From positions 1-64,000 of the forward strand of contig CBDUPA010000010.1 of NCBI GenBank assembly GCA_965368975.1: 64,000 bases of DNA. The letters are read 5' to 3'. Positions 58,454 to 64,000 of the stretch are shown here, in pieces. A program made the translations under genes and the position numbers. Within the stretch, counting starts at the first letter, position 1, and each line of letters starts with the position of its first letter. Source of the stretch: an uncultured bacterium (GTDB lineage: Bacteria > Acidobacteriota > Thermoanaerobaculia > Multivoradales > JAHZIX01). The notes beneath the pieces are model-generated. The model was not told the DNA's origin and searched no databases. It was given only the letters and a program-made list of their open reading frames with translations.

Positions 58454-61400
58454 TCAGAGCATCGCCTCCGCCGCCTTGCGCTCCAGCAGTCCGTAGCCAT
58501 CGGTATCGGCCAGCTGCCGCATCTGGGACAGCGTGTCTTCGGCGGCGCGCCGGCGGTCTAGGGAGACCTGGATGCGGCCCTTGACCAGGCGTGCTTCGAG
58601 CTCCGGCAGGCGCAGGCCAAGTTCAGCGGTGCGGCGCAGCACGCCTTCCAGGTCGGAAAGAGCCGAGTCGGCACTGCCCATGGCGGCTTTGACTTCGGCG
58701 CGCACGACCGCGACACGCAAGCAGATCTCAACCGTCTCGCTGTTCTTGCACAGGCGATCGGCTTCGTCGATCGCTTGCCAGGCGGCGCTCAGGCGGCGCT
58801 CGCGGCGCTGGATGGCGGCGACCACGGAAAGGGCTCGGGAGAGGCGGTCGGTGGCCCGCTCCTGGCGGAACTCGATGACCGCCTGTTCGGCTCGCTGCAG
58901 GGCCTCGCGGCCACGGCCTTCCTCATTCAGCAACTCGGCCAGAGCCAGCTGTGCAGCGGCAGCCTCGCCGGCTTCGCCGAGTTCCCGGCGCATGTCCAAC
59001 ACCTGCTCGTAGGTCTGACGGGCGCCGATCAGGTCGCCCTCGAGCACCATCAGTTCGGCTTCGCCGGCCAGGGCCGAGGCGGTCAGGCTGCGGTTGCTCA
59101 TCTCGCGACTGATTTCGAGCGCAGCCTGGTAGTTGCGCCGCGCCTCGCGCAGCGCACCGCGCGCTTGCAAGACGCGGCCGAGGTTGATCAGGGCCGACGC
59201 CTCGCCCAGACGCTGGTCGATGTCACGCCACTGTTCGAGCGCCTGCCGGTGCCCCTCCTCAGCGGCGACCAGGTCACCACGCTTGCGGTCGATGGCGGCC
59301 AGGTTGTCGAGGGCGGAGGCTTGCGCCGGTAGGTTGAGCGTCTCGGAGTAGAGCTCCAGGGCACGCACGAACTCGGCGCGCGCTCCCGCCAGATCACCGC
59401 GCTGCACCTGCATCACCGCCAGATTACTGCGCGCGTAGGCTTCGCCGGTTTCGTTGCCGGTCTCCTCACACAAGGCCAGCGCCTCACGGTACAGCTCCTC
59501 GGCCAGACGCAGATCGCCCTGCTGCTTGCGGATCAGCGCCAGGTTGTTGAGGACGAGCGCACCGTTGGCCCGGTCGCCGAGGCGCTCGAAGACAGCACGG
59601 GCGCGCGTGTAGTTCTCGAGCGCCGCCTCCAGGTCGCCCTGATCGCGCAGCAGGTTCCCCAAGTGGGTCAGGCCACGCGCGGCACCGGCTTCGTTGCCGG
59701 CCTCCTGGTAGAGGTCGATCGCCTCGCGACACAATGCGTAGGCTTGCTGCGGGTCCTCGAGTACACGCAGGGCAGCAGCCTGGGTGATCAAGGCGGCGGC
59801 GCGAACCTGACGGGCTTGCTGTGCTTCGGCCTTGGCGGCGGCGCGCTCGGCGGCACGCCGCTGGAGGTCGTAGTCGGCCAGGCGGGCGGCTGCCTCGGCC
59901 TCGGCGAGGTCGATGCGCGGGTCCTGGCCCACCGGTGCTGGCAACCGCTGCAGCATCTGAGCGGTGTGTAGACTCTCACCCGCCTCGCCAGCGGCCAGCT
60001 GTGCGGCGGCCAGCTGAAGACCGTATTCGAGTTCGTCAGGGAAGCTCTCCCACAGCTTCTGGTACAGCTCACGCGCAAGCTGCCACTTGCCGGCAGTTTC
60101 GTGGTAGCGCGCTTCGACCCACAGGCGCTCTTCTTCGGGCAGGCCCTCGGACAGCCGGTACGCACGGGCGGCGGCTGTCTGGGCTTCGTGGGTGTAGCCG
60201 AGCAGCATCCAAGCACTGGCCAGGGCATCGTGTGCCAAGGCATTGTCGGGCTCGGCGCGGGTCACTTGCTGCAGCAAATCGCGAGCGGCGGCCGCCTGGC
60301 CTTGCTGCAGCGCAGCCAACCCCTGAGCGTAGACGCGGGCAACACGATCGTCGCGCGGCAGCAGCGAGCCGGGCATGCCGGCTTGCGACAACTCACCGGC
60401 GGAGGAACCGATGGTCTCTAGCACATGATGGGCCAGTTGGACCGCCATCGGTCGCAGGTTGTCGAGTTGTGCGCTTTCGGTGAAGGTGCCAACTGTCGTC
60501 TTCTCGCGGGTGCTCTGCAGGTTGAGGTTGAGCCGCACCTGCTCGGCACCCTCTTGGAGAAAGGCTCCAACGACCACGTAGTCGGCACCGGTCAGCAGGC
60601 GCACCTGCTCGAGAGCCGGCACCGGCAGGCCGGCGGAAGGTTCGAGCGCCAGATCTCGGCGCGCACGGGCGACCAGAGCACCGGGCACGACGCGCAGGTC
60701 GGTGCCGGCTTCGAGACCGTCCTTGAGCAGCTCGGTGAACGTCGACGACAGCCACTCGACATCCTGGGCCGGCGTCTTGAAACCGAGCACCGCCACAGAG
60801 GTCCGCGGCTCGACGGCGAGCAGCGAGACGTTGCCCAGCGTCGCTTCGCGCTGTCTCCACTCTTTGTACCGCTGGAAGCCGAAGATGCCGATGACCGCGA
60901 TCACCAGGACCATCACGGCGACCAGGGTCCACTCGCGCCGCCTGTCCTGACGTTCGTGCGTCTCGGAAGCGCCGACATAGGAGTCGCGACCACCGGTACC
61001 CGAAAGGCCAGCCGCGGCCAGGAGTTCTGGCGGCACTTCACCGGTACTCGGCGGTACGAAAACGGACCCGGCCATCGACGACGTCATGGCGGAGGGGTTG
61101 GCGTCGCCGGTATCTTCCAGGGCTTCCAGGACAGCCTGCGCCGACTGGTAGCGATCCTCGGGCTTGCGCGCCAGGCAGCGCAGGATCACGCGCTCCCAGC
61201 GTTCTTCGAGCAGCGGCGCGAATTCGCGCGGTGACGGTGGTGGTTCTCGTAGCCGCTTGACAGCGGTCGAGATGACGCTCTCCCCGGTGAACGGCAAGCG
61301 GCCAGTGACCATCTCGAACATCACGACGCCCAGGGCGTAGAGGTCGGCCGCTTGCGTCACCTCGGCACCCTCGACCTGCTCGGGTGCCATGTAAGCCGGT

Positions 61401-62653
61401 GTCCCGATGACGCCATCGGTGACGGTCACCGCCTTGAAGGCGTCAGCATTCGTGCTCATGCGCGCCAGGCCGAAGTCCGTGATCACGGCACGCGGCTCGT
61501 CGCCGTCGGTCGCCGGTACCAGCATAACGTTGCGGCTCTTGAAGTCGCGGTGGATGACACCGGCCCGGTGGGCCGCCTGCAGCGCCTCGGCAATCTGGCG
61601 CAGGATTGGCAGTGCCGACTCGGTCGACATGGCACCGTGGCGGTCGAGGTGGTCGGCCAGGGTCGGGCCTTCGAGCAGCTCCATGGTCAGGTAGATGACC
61701 GGCGAACGCCCAGCAAGGAGGTGGTGGGACACATCGTAGATGCGGCAAACGTTGGCGTGGGTCACCTTGCGCGCCAGGTGGATCTCGCGCTTGAATCGGT
61801 CGATGGCAGCAGCGTCCTGAGCCACGTCCTGACGCACGGTCTTGACCGCCACTCGCTCACGCAATTCCAAATCCTCGGCGGCGTAGACGTCGCCCATGCC
61901 GCCCTGAGCGATGAACTTGACGATGCGGTAGCGCTCACTGAGCACGTCACCGCCGCGGAACATCGCCTCGCTCGGCAGAGCCGGCCCGCGAGTTCCAGAA
62001 GCATGATCACCAGCAGTACCACGACCTCCAGGGCCGTCCAGAACGGTCGGATGGGTGTCCGCGATGCCACGCCCACCACCGCCGTGCGAGATCGGACTCG
62101 TGCTACCGGGACGAGCCGTGCCGCCCGGGCGCGCCGTGCTGTCGGCCCCGCGTGGCCGAGCGTGGATCGACGGCTGGCTGCCGGAGTCTGGCGCCAGAGT
62201 CGCCGTATAGCTGTCGTTCTTGGGCGCCTCCCGGGGGCGCTTGGGCGGCGTGATGGTGATGCTGGAACCATCGCGACCTGAAGCCGTAGCCGGAGGCGGT
62301 GTGATTCGCGTCGGGGTCTTCGCGGCTGTTGGCTTGGCAGCTGCGGCGCCAGGAGGCTGGATGCGCGGGGCACTGGCAGGAGCCTTGGCCGCAGGCGCGG
62401 GCGAGCTTGGTGCGCTCGGCGCCGGAGCTTGCGGCGCCAGAGCTTGCGGCGCCGGAGCCTGCGGTGCCGGAGCTGGCGGCACGGTGCCCGCTGACGGCGG
62501 CGACGCTCGGCGGCGCACCACGAACGCCTGCTGGCAGGAACTACAGCGCACACGAACGCGCTCACTGTCACCCGGCGGCAGAGCGAACTGCAGCCGCGTC
62601 TGGCAATGTGGGCACGTGACGGCGATGCGTTGGGCTGAGTTGGCGTCCGACAT
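58454..62653 (-). CDS. Membrane Ser/Thr protein kinase with an N-terminal zinc ribbon and C-terminal TPR repeats
   Basis: CPHC...CSSC, a Pro/Ala linker, GGMGDVY, VAVK, HRDFKSRN, TDFGLA, YMAPE, one TM helix and a long TPR array. Confidence 0.95.
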   Translation of the reverse strand: MSDANSAQRIAVTCPHCQTRLQFALPPGDSERVRVRCSSCQQAFVVRRRASPPSAGTVPPAPAPQAPAPQALAPQAPAPSAPSSPAPAAKAPASAPRIQPPGAAAAKPTAAKTPTRITPPPATASGRDGSSITITPPKRPREAPKNDSYTATLAPDSGSQPSIHARPRGADSTARPGGTARPGSTSPISHGGGGRGIADTHPTVLDGPGGRGTAGDHASGTRGPALPSEAMFRGGDVLSERYRIVKFIAQGGMGDVYAAEDLELRERVAVKTVRQDVAQDAAAIDRFKREIHLARKVTHANVCRIYDVSHHLLAGRSPVIYLTMELLEGPTLADHLDRHGAMSTESALPILRQIAEALQAAHRAGVIHRDFKSRNVMLVPATDGDEPRAVITDFGLARMSTNADAFKAVTVTDGVIGTPAYMAPEQVEGAEVTQAADLYALGVVMFEMVTGRLPFTGESVISTAVKRLREPPPSPREFAPLLEERWERVILRCLARKPEDRYQSAQAVLEALEDTGDANPSAMTSSMAGSVFVPPSTGEVPPELLAAAGLSGTGGRDSYVGASETHERQDRRREWTLVAVMVLVIAVIGIFGFQRYKEWRQREATLGNVSLLAVEPRTSVAVLGFKTPAQDVEWLSSTFTELLKDGLEAGTDLRVVPGALVARARRDLALEPSAGLPVPALEQVRLLTGADYVVVGAFLQEGAEQVRLNLNLQSTREKTTVGTFTESAQLDNLRPMAVQLAHHVLETIGSSAGELSQAGMPGSLLPRDDRVARVYAQGLAALQQGQAAAARDLLQQVTRAEPDNALAHDALASAWMLLGYTHEAQTAAARAYRLSEGLPEEERLWVEARYHETAGKWQLARELYQKLWESFPDELEYGLQLAAAQLAAGEAGESLHTAQMLQRLPAPVGQDPRIDLAEAEAAARLADYDLQRRAAERAAAKAEAQQARQVRAAALITQAAALRVLEDPQQAYALCREAIDLYQEAGNEAGAARGLTHLGNLLRDQGDLEAALENYTRARAVFERLGDRANGALVLNNLALIRKQQGDLRLAEELYREALALCEETGNETGEAYARSNLAVMQVQRGDLAGARAEFVRALELYSETLNLPAQASALDNLAAIDRKRGDLVAAEEGHRQALEQWRDIDQRLGEASALINLGRVLQARGALREARRNYQAALEISREMSNRSLTASALAGEAELMVLEGDLIGARQTYEQVLDMRRELGEAGEAAAAQLALAELLNEEGRGREALQRAEQAVIEFRQERATDRLSRALSVVAAIQRRERRLSAAWQAIDEADRLCKNSETVEICLRVAVVRAEVKAAMGSADSALSDLEGVLRRTAELGLRLPELEARLVKGRIQVSLDRRRAAEDTLSQMRQLADTDGYGLLERKAAEAML

Positions 62654-62686
62654 GGTTCCTGTGCGAGAGTCCTCTCCGGGAGAGCT

Positions 62687-62766
62687 AGCGATCGGTCGTA
62701 CTGTTGACCGGCCGTAGTGTCGACCGGTCGTGGTGTTGACCGGCCGTAGTGTCGACCGGTCGTGGT
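62687..62766. repeat. Intergenic 16-bp tandem repeat (A-B-A-B plus one degenerate unit)
   Basis: A = GTTGACCGGCCGTAGT (62703, 62735); B = GTCGACCGGTCGTGGT (62719, 62751); degenerate AGCGATCGGTCGTACT at 62687. Confidence 0.9.
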
Positions 62767-62853
62767 AATACCCGGCCTCATTCTTGGCCCAGCCGTGTTT
62801 GTAGGCGGAGTCAGACGATCAGTCTATCAGCTGCCGGTGTGCTTCCCTCGGCA

Positions 62854-64000
62854 TCAGGGTGCGGACCTTGGCAAGGGGCGGCGCAGCGCGGCGGCCGCGC
62901 GATCGGCCAGTGTCGCGTAGCCACGGTTACGGGCATCCTGCTGCAGGCCGCTCAGGCGTGCGCGCCCCGCAGCCGGCGTGCTCCCGAGAAGCTCGACTTC
63001 CCCTTGCGCCAAGCGCACCTCCAGTTCATCACCGATCCGTCGCTGCTCGAGCAACTCCTGCTGCAGGCGCTCCAGCTCGGCCAGCGCGAACGGAGCCCGC
63101 CCCTCGGCGGCGCTCAGACGGGCATCGGTCAAGGCCAGGTCTAGCTCGGGTGTGAGTTCCAGACCATTGCCCAACGGCAGGGCGGCCGGCTTCCTGGCGA
63201 CGCTGCCGCTGGCCGCCGCTGGCAAGGGTGCCGGCACCAGGGCGCGGGCAGCCTCGAGGGCCTGCCGGGCCGCGTCGGTATTTCCCTGGTAGAGCTGGCT
63301 GTGCGCCAGCAGGGCGTAGACTCGGGCCTGCAAGCGGTCGTCCTGAACAGCACCGTCAGCGAACGGCCCGAGCAGTTGCTGCAGGGAAGCTTCCGCCGCC
63401 GGCCAGCGGCCTCGGTCTGTGTCGAGCCGTACCAGAGTGAGGCGGCAGCGCACGTCTCCGCGCGTGTCGCCGAGCTGCCGATAGATCTCGAGCGCCCCAC
63501 GCAACAGGTCCGTGGCCGCGCCGGCATCGCCCTGCAGCCGTGCGAGCAGTGCCAGATGCTCCAGGCCACCGGCGCGCACGCGCAACAGGCGCGATACCGC
63601 GGTGCCTTCGGTACGTTGGCGCACTTGCTGGTAGAGATCCGCGGCCTGCTGCAGCCGCTCGCGTGCCGCCACCGCCTCGGCAACCGCCAGCAGCGTTTCC
63701 AGCTCCGCTGGCCGATCCTGTAGCTCCTGGTAGAGTTCCAAGGCCTGGCGTAGCGCCCGCTCGGTCTCGGCCAGCTCGCCGGCCGCCTGGAAGAGAAACG
63801 CCCGCTCCACGTGCGCGCCCGCCTGGCCATCACGATCATCGGCCTCGCGGAAGATCTCAACCGCCAAACGGAAGTCTTCCGCCGCCTCCAGCTGACGACC
63901 AAGACGTGACAGCAAGCGGCCACGGTGCAGGTAGACCTGCGCCTGTGCATCGCGGTCACCGAGGCGACGCAAGGTCATCAAGGCGCTCTGGTAGTGCTGC
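62854..64000 (-). CDS. TPR-repeat protein, C-terminal part (start beyond the right edge)
   Basis: TPR_12-like helices (A..IFRE.DDR.GQA, ALEIYRQLGD.RG). The C-terminus resembles that of the downstream kinase. Confidence 0.85.
   Translation of the reverse strand, partial: QHYQSALMTLRRLGDRDAQAQVYLHRGRLLSRLGRQLEAAEDFRLAVEIFREADDRDGQAGAHVERAFLFQAAGELAETERALRQALELYQELQDRPAELETLLAVAEAVAARERLQQAADLYQQVRQRTEGTAVSRLLRVRAGGLEHLALLARLQGDAGAATDLLRGALEIYRQLGDTRGDVRCRLTLVRLDTDRGRWPAAEASLQQLLGPFADGAVQDDRLQARVYALLAHSQLYQGNTDAARQALEAARALVPAPLPAAASGSVARKPAALPLGNGLELTPELDLALTDARLSAAEGRAPFALAELERLQQELLEQRRIGDELEVRLAQGEVELLGSTPAAGRARLSGLQQDARNRGYATLADRAAAALRRPLPRSAP

Noticed and set aside
62687-62766. Possible CRISPR array
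   Set aside because: The units are contiguous 16-mers with no unique spacers, and there are no cas genes in the window.

Overview
A GC-rich bacterial window. The gene set (DUF4388 protein, DUF1844-mazG pair, SpoIID-SPOR protein, Ser/Thr kinase-TPR proteins) suggests Acidobacteriota, possibly Thermoanaerobaculia; this is an inference. Positions 1-17.7 kb hold the start of a minus-strand NRPS-PKS cluster that runs off the left edge. It comprises A-T-C-A-T-KS-AT-KR-ACP (7069-17679) and a second NRPS, C-A-T-C-A-T... (<1-7072), which the ORF track misses. The first C domain carries a variant of the ureido-forming motif (EQHFVHDG). GTAG-type REP palindromes are inserted in frame inside both synthetase genes. 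Positions 18-35 kb form an accessory block: a cytochrome P460/multiheme fusion, a DedA/VTT protein, a TonB receptor, two paralogous VioB/StaD-N-like proteins flanking a kelch-like lipoprotein, a 5'-nucleotidase lipoprotein, an XendoU-lamin-tail nuclease and an exported hypothetical protein. Positions 35-64 kb are mostly core genes: ggt, a hybrid kinase, a VPS10/BNR protein, SpoIID, a DnaC-like ATPase, hspR, dnaK, DUF4388, a TPR protein, DUF1844, mazG, tesA-ybbAP, guaB and kinase/TPR proteins. This part also has an orphan double-glycine-leader peptide ORF and a 16-bp intergenic tandem repeat. I saw no rRNA, tRNA, CRISPR array or transposase. All family assignments come from motif recognition by eye, not from database searches.
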